A DNA stretch of 64,000 nucleotides from Octopus bimaculoides. Its lineage: Eukaryota. The position numbers and the translations under genes are program-made. The notes beneath the pieces were generated by a model. The model searched no databases, had not been told where the DNA came from, and was given only the letters and a program-made list of their open reading frames with translations. The stretch is taken from positions 2,516,402-2,580,401 of the forward strand of contig NC_068981.1 of the NCBI RefSeq assembly GCF_001194135.2, written 5' to 3'. Shown here piece after piece: positions 11,541-26,310 of the stretch. Positions within the stretch are counted from its first letter, which is position 1. Each line of letters begins with the position of its first letter.

Positions 11541-12516
11541 CTAAAATGATAAAAAAAAATTCTAGTTTAATTCCGTGTAATACTGTGTCATATCGGAAAT
11601 GAAGATCTAATGAAAAAAAGGAAAAAAAGGCAGACCCTGACCCGAGAAATCATTGAGGTTCATGAAATGATCATATCTTTTGTATGTCATCAGTGGAAGG
11701 TTAATGGCAAATCTGGGGTTTCGTTTATCTAATGTAGTGAATGAAAAATTTTGAATTTAGAAATGAGAGGAAAAAAATTAGATTGATGTGGGAGAGAATT
11801 CCAGTTAAAGACGAACAAGGGAGTTAACTTGAACAGTGATATTCAATGAAAAGTGAGTCTAAGCTTTTGCAAGTACTGTGAAATTCTAGGAATGTTTCAG
11901 AGTTGTATCCCTTGCATCTTTTGGCCAGAAATAATCTTTGAGCTATTTTACTCTTCAGTTGCTTTCTAAATGAAATTAACTGCATTATTTAATCAAATCC
12001 TTTATGTGAGTTGAACTTCATATAATACTTTTTTTGTTCTGTTGAACTATGGAAGTTTAATTTTGAATGTCTTTAAAGAATCTTATCACTGAGCAAAATG
12101 GTTAAAATAATATTTCTACAATAGATATTAAATTTGACCATGATCGAAGTGTCTTCAGTTTCTCTATAAATTCTTATAAATTTTCCAAAAATACTAATAG
12201 TTTTTTATGTGTAGCAGTGGTACATTCATACAACTCAAGTCCTTATGTATAATAATAATGAACTTATTGTATGTATATAAATAAATATATAAAGTAACAA
12301 GCAAAAGAAAAGAATTCCTTTAAAGGGATGAGTAAAATATCCAATTCACTGGTACGTTGGTTGAATACCACATAAATATGGGTATCACCCCTAACCTCTG
12401 GCTACCTAACTCCCCAAACTGCAACCCCCTTGATTATAGAAGTCGTTTTTTATATCTTCTTGAAGCTTACTAACTTCCTACACCTTGATCTTTGGATCTT
12501 ACCGTTACATATTACT

Positions 12517-12639
<123 letters not shown>

Positions 12640-13653
12640 CATAGTCTATTGACTGTTTTTTTACCCTCGCTAGACCACTGGTGGTAAAATAAAATTTCTA
12701 AAATTTTCTTTGCTACCCTGTATTTTATTAATATATATATATATATATATATATATTAAATTTAATTTATGTTGAAAGTCAACAAACAAACTGAGGTGTA
12801 TTGAAAGATACAGAAAAGGAAATAATTTTATTCTCAAACGCAGGAGAATGCTAATAATATAGCATAAACAGGATAAACTAGCCATATTTTGCAGAAAAAT
12901 CTGTCAGCAGCCAACCATGAGCCTCAAACTCACAGGATTTATTCTTTGTAAGCCTAGCACTTATTCTATTAGTGTCTTTTGCAGAACCATTAAGTTATGG
13001 GATCATAAACACACCAACATCAGTTGTCAAGCAATGGTAGGGGTACAAACACAGATACACACACATACAAATATACACATCCCTGTTATTACATGTCAAG
13101 TGCTTTACCATTAAGCTAAACTGCTCCAACGACAAATTCTTCTGCAAATTTAGGATAAATAAGTCTAGCTTTATAAGACGCTATCGTACGTTAAAACAAA
13201 TAAGTAACAAGGATGTCAGGGTATTAGTGCATTACAGCCATTTCAGGCAACTCCATTTAATTGAACAATGCAAGCATTACATCAATTTGATGATAAGGAG
13301 ACAGATAAAAAATTATAGCTATGTTACCATCTCATGACCCCCATTGTTATTCTTTTCTGCCACTCCAAATTATAGTTGGGGTATTTTTCTCCCTAAGTTT
13401 ATTCTGTGATAATAATAGCAGCATGTAATTCTTTTATTCTCTAGTTCTGATGAAATATTTGCTAAAACTTATAATGGAGTATCCTATATGTTGAAAACCT
13501 ATGGCCTTATGCATCCGAAGATGGCAGTGTATTTCAAAGATTTTGTTTTTCCCATGCTGGACACTTGATACGATCTTTATTTTAAATAACGGTCTTATCC
13601 TTTTATACACACACACACACACACATATATATGAATAAAAATAAGATCAAGAT

Positions 13654-13748
13654 ATCTTTGGCCTGAAGAGTAGCCTGCGGTATACACCTCACTTGGATGT
13701 TTACCATTTCCGAGGTTCTGCTCGGTATGAAACATATGTAGCCCAGAT
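13654..13748 (+). ncRNA. Type I hammerhead-ribozyme-like motif
   Basis: CTGAAGA-G...T-GAAAC-ATAT-GTA; stem I ATCT-TT-GGC / GCC-C-AGAT; palindromic ACATATGT in stem/loop III. Confidence 0.45.
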
Positions 13749-13769
13749 CTTATCTACTCCATTTCTTAA

Positions 13770-13811
<42 letters not shown>

Positions 13812-13814
<3 letters not shown>

Positions 13815-14145
13815 AGAAAAAGAAAGTGGAGATTGTGAAGTTAATAATTGTTTATTATTAATAGCAAATTAATCATCATCCCTTACAGCTATTTCAATTA
13901 ATACTCAGTAAATATTAAGTAAATATTAAACTTATATTCATATGACTTGTGCATAATATCTTCAGAGGATAAAAAATATATCCTTGGATGTTTTATATTT
14001 GTCTATGGATTCATTACAGAAGACTGAATAATCATTTACTTAAAATTTACTGAGTATCAATTGAAACAGCTGTAAGGGATGATGATTAATTTGCTGTTAA
14101 TAATAAACAATTATTAACTTCCCAATCTCCATTTTCTTTTTCTTA
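13812..14145. mobile_element. Foldback / MITE-like element with about 110-bp inverted arms
   Basis: 13812-13924 is close to the reverse complement of 14034-14145; (TA)n on the left. Confidence 0.75.
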
Positions 14146-15849
14146 TTTTATATGAATATAAACTATATGTTTTTATATATACACCTATTATTTTAAGGAA
14201 ATTTATTCCCCCAAAATACTAGGTATTGAACCAGTATCTCCTTGGATGAAACCATCCCTTCATGAAGTTAACATAACTTCTAATCGTGTATATATATATA
14301 CTTATCTCCAAAATGTATTTCAAAACATGTGTAGAAGAGTCAACTTCTGTATTGAAAATGAAGGATGACATTTTCAACACTTCTTATAAAGATTTTGTAA
14401 AGTCTTGTAAAGTCTAATATATTCTTTTGTTTCTCTCCTTTTTTTTCTCTCCTTTTTGTCTCTCCTTGTTTCTTTCTGTGTTCCTTTCTGTGGAAGAGTA
14501 TCGGCTTGAAGCGTTAAAGACTTTTTCAATTCCCGAGAGTTATACTAATACATCTGTTTGTTTTCTACAACACCTGTCTTTGTCTTTTGTCTTTTTGTGA
14601 ATTCTCCCTATATTCTTTTGTAGTCTTAGAACATCTTATAAATATTTATTTTGCAATAAAATACTGCAGAGAGACTTTTTGAACACCCGGTACTATTTCT
14701 TCCAGCTCTTCACATTCTGAGCTCAATTTCCACCAAGACCGACTTTGATCCTTTTGGGATTGATAAAAATATATATATAAGGGAAGCACTGGGGTCAATG
14801 TAATTGGCTAAACCCGTTCACCCTAAAATCTTTGGCCTTGCACTAAAATTAGAAAGAAATATTTAATTAGAGTTGTTGGCAGACTGATCAAAATTAATTA
14901 ACAAAAATCTCATGTGATAGTGATAATGATGATGATGATGGTGATGACAATGTGGTGATGATGGTGATGATGATGATGATGATGATGATGATACTCAAGG
15001 CCAAAATATGGGCGGGGAGTCTTAAAAATAACTGTGAAAATAAGAAAAATAAAAAAACTGGAAACAAAGAAATTAATTAACAAATTAGGTTGGACTTGAT
15101 ATTTTACTTCACACACAAAAATTATACTTGACATGCAACAACGATAACAATAACAACAACAACAACAACAACAACAACAAAAGTAATAATTTCTAATTTT
15201 AGCACAAAGCCAGCAATCTCAATGGGAGGGAGCAAGTCAATCACCTTGACTCTGGTACTTTATTTTGTTGACTCTTAAAATAACAAAAGCAGATCTTGGC
15301 AGGATTTGAACTCAGAACATGCACAGCCGGAAGGAATGCTTCTAAACATACAGTCCAGTGCAAATACCATCAGTCACTTTTTGTTAAGCCTGCTTTGACC
15401 ACCCTCTCATACTGTGGCACAAAAGTAACAATTAGTCATACTGTTGGGCCTCACGGAGACAAAGTGGCTGAGTTCCTTTCGAGTGTGGGGTCTAATGGAG
15501 GTCATGACCAAGACCTTTGGCATTGTGCCATGCTTGACAAGAAGACCCATCAAGCCGAGCAAAATTGCAGTTGTGGCAGATACTGGTGTCACACAAATGG
15601 CACCCGTGCCGTTGGCATGCAAAAGCACCCATTACACTCTTGGAGTGGCATTAGGAAGGGCATGCAGCTGTAGAAAACCATGCCAAATCAGACTGGAGTC
15701 TGGTGCAGCCTTCCAGTGTGCCAGCCCTGGTCAAACCGTCCAACCCATGCCAGCATGGACAACGGACGTTAAATGATGATGCTGATGATGATGATGATGA
15801 TGATGATGATATAATTTATCAGTTTGCCTTCTCCTGGATTATCTTCTAT

Positions 15850-16632
15850 ACCCGTCAGAGTGTAAGTATCTTGAGAGAAAAGCTGAACATTAGAAGCATC
15901 AGTTGTGGTGTGCAAGAGAGACGATTGCGCTGGTATGGACATGTGGTGAGAATGGATGAGGATAGCTGCGTGAAAAAGTGCCACACCCTAACAGTTGAGG
16001 GAACCCGTGGAAGAGGTAGGCCCAGGAAGACCTGGGCTGAGGTGGTGAGGCAAGACCTTCGTACATTGGGCCTCACCGAGGCGATGACTACTGACCGAGA
16101 CCTTTGGAAATGTGTTGTGCGTGAGAAGACCCGGCAAGCCAAGTAAGATCGTTGCCAGTGCCCCTGGACTGGTTCTTGTGCNNNNNNNNNNNNNNNNNNN
16201 NNNNNNNNNNNNNNNNNNNNNNNNNNNNNNNNNNNNNNNNNNNNNNNNNNNNNNNNNNNNNNNNNNNNNNNNNNNNNNNNNNNNNNNNNNNNNNNNNNNN
16301 NNNNNNNNNNNNNNNNNNNNNNNNNNNNNNNNNNNNNNNNNNNNNNNNNNNNNNNNNNNNNNNNNNNNNNNNNNNNNNNNNNNNNNNNNNNNNNNNNGGC
16401 ACATAAAAGACACCATTTCGAGCGTGGCCGTTTTCGTGCGAGTGACACGTAAAAGCACCCACTACACTCTCTGAGTGGTTGGCGTTAGGAAGGGCATCCA
16501 GCTGTAGAAACTCTGCCAAATTAGACTGGAGCCTGGTGTTGCCATCCGGTTTCACCAGTCCTCAGTCAAATCGTCCAACCCATGCTAGCATGGAAAGCGG
16601 ACGTTAAACGATGATGATGATGATGATGATGT
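15850..16632 (+). mobile_element. 5'-truncated RTE LINE: ORF2 C-terminus, 3'UTR and (GAT)n tail
   Basis: RRLRWYGHVVRMDEDSCVKKC...GTRGRGRPRKTW...DRDLWK, TAA at 16146; links the abundant (GAT)n-tailed repeat to this LINE. Confidence 0.9.
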
Positions 16633-16919
16633 AGAGAAATGCCATTGAGTTTAACAAAATTCTTTCAACTACCCCTCATTCTTTCTTTATCTTTTTTCTT
16701 TCTTTCTCTTTCTTGGTAACAGTGATGTGTTGTTCCAAAATTCTATCTGTCCATTTTAGTATTCAAGAAAGATTTGTCTTCACACAGCTGTTATATGAAC
16801 AGATCATAGTATTTGGAAATGGGTAGGAGTTGTTTCTGCAATTATTTTCCCTTTTCTAAGTTCATCTCTACAGATTTTCAACAGAGTTCAGAACCAGCAA
16901 TGAATGTTGCGATGCTTCA

Positions 16920-17450
16920 CATATGAATACATTTAGTCGCGAACAATGCAACCAAAGTCAGCAAAATAGGCAATGAGTGTAATGTATATGCTTATTTCAA
17001 AATTTATTGCTTTTGAAATATGCATATACACCCGTTACCTATTTATTCTCTCTTCAATCACATTGTTTACATAGACCTATTCCTATACGAAACATTTTAA
17101 TTTTCAGTGTTGGCTCTGAACTGTAGAAAACCTGTAGAAAAAAACTTATAAGTGACAATATTGCACTGCTAACACAAGGTAAGGCACAATATTGACTTAC
17201 AAACTTTTTATATACTTGGTAGTGCATTAAAGTTGCAAGCAAAGCAAAATACCCTGCCGTCGCTAGCAATTAATGTCTTCGATTTTTGTTGTGATTAGTG
17301 TTGCTATCTTCCAAATGATTTGAGTATTTCGGACATTTTCGGTCTTTTCAATAGCATGTAAATGCAGCCAGCCACATGCTCAGTTGAGAATTCATTGTCT
17401 CTGATACAGAAAAATGTGAAAATATTCACTGATGTTGCAAATAACTGCCT
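16920..17450 (+). mobile_element. Possible highly decayed hAT-like transposase remnant
   Basis: Scattered motifs HLVANNATKV and QPATCSVENSLS (cf. PTSASVERSFS); many stops; weak. Confidence 0.2.
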
Positions 17451-17858
17451 GGCTGGATAAAAATCCAGCATGTGCAATTGAGGCAGTAATTAAAATAGCC
17501 ATCTACATTAAATATGATACACAGATGACTATAAAAGCTAAAATATTTAATTTTTATGAAGATTTACAGACATTGCTGAATGGTTTCAAACCAAATTATT
17601 TGGTGCCATGTAAAAATCACCCAGGCTGGTGCCACATATAATGCACCTGTACTGGTGCCATGTATACAGCACGTGCTGGTTTCACATACAAAGCACAGGT
17701 GCTGGTGCCACATACAAAGCTCCCAGTACACTCTGTAATGTGGTTGACATTAGGAAGGACATCCAGCCTTAGAAACCCTGCCAAATATTAGAGCCTAGGC
17801 AGCTTGCCAGTCCCTGTCAAACCGTCCAACCCATACCAGCATGGAAAACAGACGTCAA

Positions 17859-17890
<32 letters not shown>

Positions 17891-18479
17891 CATCATCATC
17901 ATGGTGGTGGTGATGATGATGATGATGATCATCATCATCATCATCATGGTGGTGGTGATGGTGGTAATGATGATGGTAGTGATGACAATGATGATGACAA
18001 AGATTTACAGAAATTCCTGAATGCAATCACAAATCAAAAGAACGCCTAAAGCCAAATGATCATTTTTTTGCCCCCTTAACACCTTGTTAGACATAGACAT
18101 AAAATGTCCCCTTCTTTGTAAATGGCTAATTAATTATAACTGAGATAAAAGTACAACTCTTAGGCGTTGGCATGTGATTCTCTTGGCTCTGTGATCCTTC
18201 AGCTTCCTTTTTCTAAAGAATAAAGTTAATAACCATTGTTTCAGAGAAGCAAAATAAATCATTAAAAAGACAATTGAATTTTATTCTTTTGCTCTAAATA
18301 ATTTGTTTTCTGCTTTTTTATGCAACTTTCCACAAATAGACCAGAACTTCTGGTTTGGTTAGAAACAAATGTACCCAAACGATATAAAGGAATGATGGTT
18401 CAAGGTGAATCATGGGAAAATGGGAAATTACTTTTAGAAAGGATTGTGTCACAATCATTGTCTCAATATTTGTTTCTTC

Positions 18480-19435
18480 ATGTGTTTGTATGTGTGTGTG
18501 TGTTCGCATGCACGCGTGTATGTGTGTGTGTGTGTGTACATGTGCTTGTATATGTATGTGTAAGTGTGTGTTTGCGCATATGTTTGTATGTGTGTGTGTG
18601 TTCGCGTGCATGCGTGTATGTGTATGTGTTTACATATGTGCTTGCATATGTATGTGTGTGTATGCGCATGTGTTTTTATGTGTTTGCATGTGTGTGTGAA
18701 TGTGTGTGTGAATGTGTGTGTGGGGGTGTGTACATATGCACTTGTGTATGTATGTGTAGGTGTGTGTGTTTTTGTATGTGTGTGTGTGTGTATGTATGTG
18801 TGTGTGGACATATATGCTTGTGTATGTGTGTGTGCGTTTGCGCGAGTGTTTTTATGTGTGCGTGTGTGTGTGTACATATGTGCTTGTGTATGTATGTGTG
18901 CATGTATGTGTGTATGTTTGCGCGAGTGTTTGTATGTGTGCGTGTGTATACATATATACTTGTGTATGTATGTGTGTGTTGCCGCGAGTGTTTGCATGTG
19001 TGCGTGTATATGTACATATGTGCTTGAGTATGTATGTGTGTGTTTGCATGTATTTGTATGTGTGTGTGTGTGTACATATATGCTTGTATATGTATGTGTG
19101 TGTTTGCATGTGCGTGTGTGAATGTGTATGTGTGAGTACATTTGTGCTTGTGTATGTCTGTGTAAGTGTGTGTTTGCACATGTGTTTGTGTGTGTGTGTG
19201 AATATGTGTGTGTGTGTATATATGTGCTTGTGTATGTGTGTGTGTGTATATATGTGCTTGTGTATGTGTGTGTGTGTACATATGTGTTTGTATATGTATA
19301 TGTGTGTGTTTGCGTGTATGTCTTTATGTGTGTGAATATGTGTGTGTGTACGTATGCGGTTGTGTATGTATGTATAAGTGTGTGTTTGTATGCGTGTGTT
19401 TGAGTGTGTGTGTGTGTGTGTATGAACATATGTAC
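18480..19435. repeat. Compound (TG)/(TA) minisatellite-like array
   Basis: Recurring gtacatatgtgcttgtgtatgtatgtgtg unit. Confidence 0.9.
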
Positions 19436-19904
19436 AAACGTTGACAATCAAATCTAATTGTTAAATCTATGTATGCATACAGGTTTAACAGTGTGACTTT
19501 TACATATATACATGATTATATATTCCTTCTATATGTGCCAATGTACACACGTATGCACACACATATACACACACACATCATCATCATCATTATTTAACAC
19601 CCGTTCTCCATGGTGGCATGAGTTAGACAATTTGACTGGAACTGGTAACCCAGAGAGCTGCACCAAGTTCCAGTCTGATTTGGCTTGGTTTCTACAGTTG
19701 GATGCCATTCCTAACACCAACCACTCCTAGAGTGTAATGGGTGCTTTTTACGTGCCACCAGCACAGGTGCCATTTAGTTGACACTGGTAACAACCACAAC
19801 TATGGTTCCACTTGGTTTGACGAGTCTTCTCAAGCACAGCATACCGTAAAAGTGTATATACAAAAATATGTATATATATACATAAGTGTATACACAAGCA
19901 AGAA

Positions 19905-20100
19905 TGGATGAGGATAGCTGTGTGAAAAAGTGTCACACCCTAGCGATTGAGGGAACCTGTGGAAGAAGCAGGCCCAGGGAGACCTGGGATGAGGTGGTGA
20001 AGCACGACCTCTGAACATTAGGTCTCACCAAGGTAATGACTTCTGAACGAGACCTTTGGAAATATGCTGTGCGTTAGAAGACCCAGCAAGTCAAGTGAGA
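19905..20100 (+). mobile_element. RTE ORF2 3' fragment
   Basis: RMDEDSCVKKCHTLAIEGTCGRSRPRETWDEVVKHDL; same family as 15850-16146. Confidence 0.8.
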
Positions 20101-20846
20101 CCAAAATCCAAGGCCTCTGCCAGGGATGTAGCCAGCCCACCTATACATACCTTTCCTTCATTGGACACTAAACTCCACTTGCGAAGACCTGTTGAGGCAA
20201 GGGAAATCGAAATCAAACTAAATTCAACGACTGGCACCCATNNNNNNNNNNGAGGCAAGGGAAATCGAAATCAAACTAAATTCAACGACTGGCACCCATG
20301 CCAACGTCTCCTTCATTGGACACTAAACTTGGCTTGCAAAGACCTGTTAGGGCAAGCGAAAACGAAATCGTGATGGCACCTGTACCAGTAGAGTGCTAAG
20401 ACCACCGTTCGAGCGTGATCGTTGCCAGGGCAGCTGTCTGGCTTCCGTGGCGGTGTATCAGCAAAATTGTCCAAATTTTAGATTCAGCTTGGAACCTTTG
20501 TATCTAAGGAATGCTTAAAGATAACTTAATGGAATTATCAGAGGTTTTTCCCAATACTATTGAGCTCTACTTTGAGCAAGAAAAAACGTTGATTATTCTC
20601 CCAGCTTACCAGAAGAATTGTGATGAAGTTGACCATACACAAAAATGACATTTTCATGAATAATTAGCCATAGCTCAAGACTGGGAGCTCATAAAGGATT
20701 GAAATAAAGTTTGAATGGAAGCTTAAAGTTTTATTTCAAAGTGCCAGAGAAAATTCTGCCTGAAATTCTCTCTGCTAGGCATCAAGAGTTGTTCTTTTTT
20801 GGCAATGACTCCATAACCCTCCTCTTGACTGCAGTGTGTGTGTATG

Positions 20847-20878
<32 letters not shown>

Positions 20879-21885
20879 TGTATGCAGCTATCCATCTATC
20901 TATCTATCTCTCACATGCCTCATCATCATCATTTTCAACTTCCTCCTCATTTAATGTAGTCTCCCATACTGGTATGGGTTGGAAAAGTTCAATACCACAT
21001 TGCCCCTGTGTCTGCTTTGTCATCGCATCTATGGCTAGTTGCCCTTCCTAACATCAGCCACCCATAATAACGTGTACTCAGTATACCAGCACTTCTGAAG
21101 AACTTGCAAGACTGAGTGGCCCTTATAACCCGAGGGAAAAATAGAAGAGAGAAGGTGTGATTTGTGATTTGGTGAGGGATCTTGAAAGGGTTGTTGAAGG
21201 AAAGGGAGGTGTGGGGTAGGTTAGAAAAGAGTTAAGAGGAGAAGGGATGTTGAGGAGGCAGAGAAGGTGTTGGGAAAGGGTAGTGAGAGAAAATAAGGCA
21301 GTGGGTGGGGGTGGGGGCAGTGGTAAGTATAGTGAGAGAGAGAGAGTGGCTAGGAGTTACCATAGATATAGGGGGAAGAGGAAGAGTAGGGTGTGAATGC
21401 TGTTAGAGAGCATTCCAGATGGAGAAGCAGTGGAGAGTAAATGGTGTGTGTGTGTGTGAGAGAGAGAGAGGGGGGAGAGGGGGGTAGTGGAGGAATAGTA
21501 GTATGGGCCCTGGGAACAGTGAATAGTGGATGCAGTGGTAAAGATTGACCTCAAGATGTTGAATCTCTCAGAGCAGATGATGGGGGGAACTGTGAAGAAT
21601 GGCAATATGCTATGCTTGAGAAGACCTGTCCATCTTAGCAAAACTGAGATTCTGTCAAGCCTTAAGCCATCCAGCACAACCCATCTTTTAATAGCCATTC
21701 TTTCATCGGTCTTCTGCAGTACCATATTTCTTTTCTTCACTTCACCTCTCCTGGTCCAACTCATTCCCTTATCTCTAATCTCTTGTCATACAGCACACTC
21801 ACCTACCCATCTACCTTTCTGTTTGCCCCCTATTCTGTCTTTCATATTCATCTTGTACCTCAACCCTCCTTTCTCTTTCTCTCAT

Positions 21886-21924
<39 letters not shown>

Positions 21925-23413
21925 NNNNNNNNNNNNNNNNNNNNNNNNNNNNNNNNNNNNNNNNNNNNNNNNNNNNNNNNNNNNNNNNNNNNNNNNNNNN
22001 NNNNNNNNNNNNNNNNNNNNNNNNNNNNNNNNNNNNNNNNNNNNNNNNNNNNNNNNNNNNNNNNNNNNNNNNNNNNNNNNNNNNNNNNNNNNNNNNNNNN
22101 NNNNNNNNNNNNNNNNNNNNNNNNNNNNNNNNNNNNNNNNNNNNNNNNNNNNNNNNNNNNNNNNNNNNNNNNNNNNNNNNNNNNNNNNNNNNNNNNNNNN
22201 NNNNNNNNNNNNNNNNNNNNNNNNNNNNNNNNNNNNNNNNNNNNNNNNNNNNNNNNNNNNNNNNNNNNNNNNNNNNNNNNNNNNNNNNNNNNNNNNNNNN
22301 NNNNNNNNNNNNNNNNNNNNNNNNNNNNNNNNNNNNNNNNNNNNNNNNNNNNNNNNNNNNNNNNNNNNNNNNNNNNNNNNNNNNNNNNNNNNNNNNNNNN
22401 NNNNNNNNNNNNNNNNNNNNNNNNNNNNNNNNNNNNNNNNNNNNNNNNNNNNNNNNNNNNNNNNNNNNNNNNNNNNNNNNNNNNNNNNNNNNNNNNNNNN
22501 NNNNNNNNNNNNNNNNNNNNNNNNNNNNNNNNNNNNNNNNNNNNNNNNNNNNNNNNNNNNNNNNNNNNNNNNNNNNNNNNNNNNNNNNNNNNNNNNNNNN
22601 NNNNNNNNNNNNNNNNNNNNNNNNNNNNNNNNNNNNNNNNNNNNNNNNNNNNNNNNNNNNNNNNNNNNNNNNNNNNNNNNNNNNNNNNNNNNNNNNNNNN
22701 NNNNNNNNNNNNNNNNNNNNNNNNNNNNNNNNNNNNNNNNNNNNNNNNNNNNNNNNNNNNNNNNNNNNNNNNNNNNNNNNNNCCTGTATTATCTATATCC
22801 TCTGTTAATACATGTTCGTTTATTTTTATGTTTTTTGTTTTTATTTATTTATTTATTCATGTGTTTATACCTACTTTTTTTTTCTTTTGTATTTAATTTA
22901 ATTTTGTTAACGTATGTAGTATTTAATTCCATTTGTTTATCTATGTATTGTATTATATTTTGTTCATATTGTTATTGGTTTATGGGGAATGTATTGTCAT
23001 ATGTTGTGGCTTGTGGTTTGTTAGGGGTGTGTGTTAGTGTTCCATTCCAGTTTCCTATTCAGGCTAGGTTTATCTTCTATTATGTGTGTAGCTTCTGTAA
23101 TTTGTCTAAGTGCTGCATCTGTGCTATATATATATAAACAAGCCCTATAGTCACCTCTTCAGCAAGACACTGGCTCCTCTCCCTCTATCATACTTTCTTA
23201 TCCCTCAATACTTTACCCAACACAGTTGTGGGATCTTGTGTTGTGAGTACTTGGTGACCTCACCAATGCTGGTGCCACAAAAGGTAAAAAGAACACCCAG
23301 TACACACTGTGAAGTGGTTGGTATTAGAAAGGACAACCAGCACTTGAAACCATGCCAAAGCAGACACTGAAACTTAATGCAACCCTCTGGGAAAAGGGAC
23401 ATTAAATGAGGTC

Positions 23414-23647
23414 CACAGATTGGATGCTAAATGCACTTTGCCAAAGGACAAGAAGCTGAACAGACCAAATGCCTTAAAAGACATATGAAAATCAGAATTT
23501 AATTTTGTTAAATCTCAAGTGCCAAATTGGTGAATTGGTCATTAAACTCTGTAGGCAGGAATGTTTTTTTTCATTACTGTGTCCATTCGGCATCTTGGCT
23601 TTGGTTTCTTGTCCTTCGGCAAAAGTGCATTTAGCATCCTGTCTGTG
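23414..23647. mobile_element. MITE-like element with about 40-bp imperfect TIRs
   Basis: ggatgctaaatgcactttgccaaaggacaagaa pairs with ttcttgtccttcggcaaaagtgcatttagcatcc. Confidence 0.6.
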
Positions 23648-26269
23648 CATGGTTAAATAATGATGTTGATGATAATGATGTATATATATGTTGTGTATGT
23701 GTGTGTGTGTGTGCGTGTGTGTATACAAATGCATACATATAAATATATATATATATATGTAAAAGATTTGTCATCGAAATAAAAATGAGCTCCTCATGGC
23801 ATGTCATTTGTGCCTATGCTCCTCTCCCCTCACAACTCATATTCCTATCACCCCCTTCCCTCCATCCACCCATGTTCACCACTCACTGCATTCCCATCCC
23901 CCGCTCTCTCTCACCCTCCTTTCACACTCTTGCAAGTTTACCTGGGTTCAATCTGGCCCTGACAAGTCTCTCTCCCCAACAATTCATCTTCCTAACCCTA
24001 ACCCCTCAATTTGCCTTCACTCACTGCATCCCCCTCTGCACCATCTCCCACTCTCATTTCATTCTCTTGTGAACTTACCTGCCCACTCACCCTACCCAAT
24101 CCTCTGTATACTTCACCTATATCCTCCTCTTTGTAACTATCTCTCTCTCTCTCTTTTCTCTCTCTTTTTCCAACTGAGGCAGTCATGCATCTCTTCTACT
24201 GCAAGGCTCTTTCTATCCCTCTATCATGCTCCTCTCATCATCTGGCACAATGCCAACTCCCTCGATACTACTTCACCCTCTGTTGAAGGGTTTTCTCTTG
24301 CAGGCTATCCAGTAACCTCGTTGGTGATGGTGCTGTGTAAAAAGCACCCAGTACACTCTGTAGAGTGGTTGGTATTAGGAAGGGCATCCAGCCATAGAAA
24401 CCATACCAGAGCAGGTAGTCAAGCTTGATATACAAATCTGGCTTATCAGATCCTGTCAAACTGTCCAACTTGTGACAGCATGGAAGAAGGACAGTAAATG
24501 ATGATGGTATTCATTCATTCATACATACATACATACATACATAAATACATACATACAGAGGTGCAGGAGTGGCTGTGTGGTAAGTAGCTTGCTTACCAAC
24601 CACATGGTTCTGGGTTCAGTCCCACTGCATGGCACCTTGGGCAAGTGTCTTCTACTATAGCCTCGGGCAAAGGCAAAGACATACATACATACATACATAC
24701 ATACAAACAAACAAACAAAAATACTGTTGTTGATATTGAAATTCCATTGAAGTAGCCTTGGATCTAGGTTAGAAACCGACTCTTTATTGGCAAGAAATCT
24801 TGAAATATAACTGAATAATGATATACATACACTTTTATACATACATATACACATGCATTTTTTACAGTCATACATATACACATATCTATTCGTATCTGCA
24901 TAAATAAAATCATATGTATGTATGTATGTATGTATTTCTTTGCCTTTCCTTTCCCCTTTCATCTTTTCAGATTTTTTTGTTTCATCATAATTATTTTTTT
25001 CTTTCATAAGCCGCTCACTTAGCTCTCAGGCACCATAAAAGTCTGTCTTCTTTGTATACAATAATTTGTCCTTCAGTCAAGTTTTATACTGTGTGAACAG
25101 CGAGGACACGCGCAATAATCAACACAGTAACGCAATTAGAAATAGCGTTACAAGATTACAAAAAAAAAACAGCTACAGATGAAAACCATAACAAAAAACA
25201 AAAGCTGGTCAACCGGCACGATTTATGTCACTACTACCACATCACACACACACACATCTATTATATGTTATATAACATATATACATGCATGCAAACATAC
25301 ATACATATAGAGGCTTAGTCAGGTTCTAAAGTTAGGTGGAGCAAGCTCATAAAAAATGCTCTAACACATATCAAACAATTTTTAATTCGTTTTTCTTATA
25401 TTAAGTGAAATATTTCATTAGTTAGAATATACGTAACTATATTCTATATTCATTAATTTCTTTTTCAGTAACAATGGCCTTTGTATTAAACTTACAATTA
25501 CTGATGATGTAGGTAACAAAAAGAGTTAAAAGAAATTTGATAAAAAGGCGGCAATTTTGAAAAATGTGTTTGGGGGAAGCAGTTGCTCCCCTGTATGTAT
25601 GTACATAAGCCTCTACGGCAATGGAAAGACAATTTAAGTGATTTGGGTCAAGATAGAAAAGAATGGAGCAATTAAGACAGAATTGGAAGCACATTCTGAC
25701 CAGAGGTGTACAATAGCATTTGCCGGCCTTCTCGATACTTTGACACACACACACGCATGCAGTATTTAACTATGAGCTACTAATAGTCTCATACTGTGGA
25801 ATCATAATAATTTGGAAGATTTATCTATCGTCTTGTGACTCCAAGTAATCTTTCAGAATACAGAACATGGCTGCTCTATGACAAAACACAAGAAAAAGCG
25901 AGAGAAAGGTGAAGGCAAAAGGTGGAATTATTGATTCCACAGGATGAAACTTTTAGGAGCTCATATTTAAATACTAACTATGTATATCCAGTGATATGTA
26001 TCTCTCACTTGACGGATTACATTTCTTGTTGATCTATTATTAACGGAATAGTAAACTTTGTGTGTGTGTGTGTGTGTGTGCATGCGTGCCTGTCAGTTAC
26101 TGCCTTGAAGACATTTATATTCCATTCAAAAATACGCAGTGGAACCCTGGCAGTAACCTGATTGCAATTAGCATAACGAAAAGTTTCTCACTAAATAATA
26201 ACGTTTGAGTGAAGTTAACAGTCTTTGCGTAGTTTTGAGTGGTCAATATGTCTTCCAAACTGTAATTGT

Positions 26270-26310
<41 letters not shown>

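Noticed and set aside
13445-13568. Plus-strand acceptor followed by 40 open codons (SDEIFAKTYNGVSY...)
   Set aside because: No partner exons and no recognisable homology; expected by chance in 64 kb.
20610-20687. Possible extra gene A exon with strong donor CTG|gtaagc
   Set aside because: Phase 1-1 requires a weak GAG acceptor; the better CAG acceptor gives the wrong phase.
26101-26157. 57-bp exon-like segment beginning GYCQG
   Set aside because: Stop codon in phase 1, the phase gene A requires.
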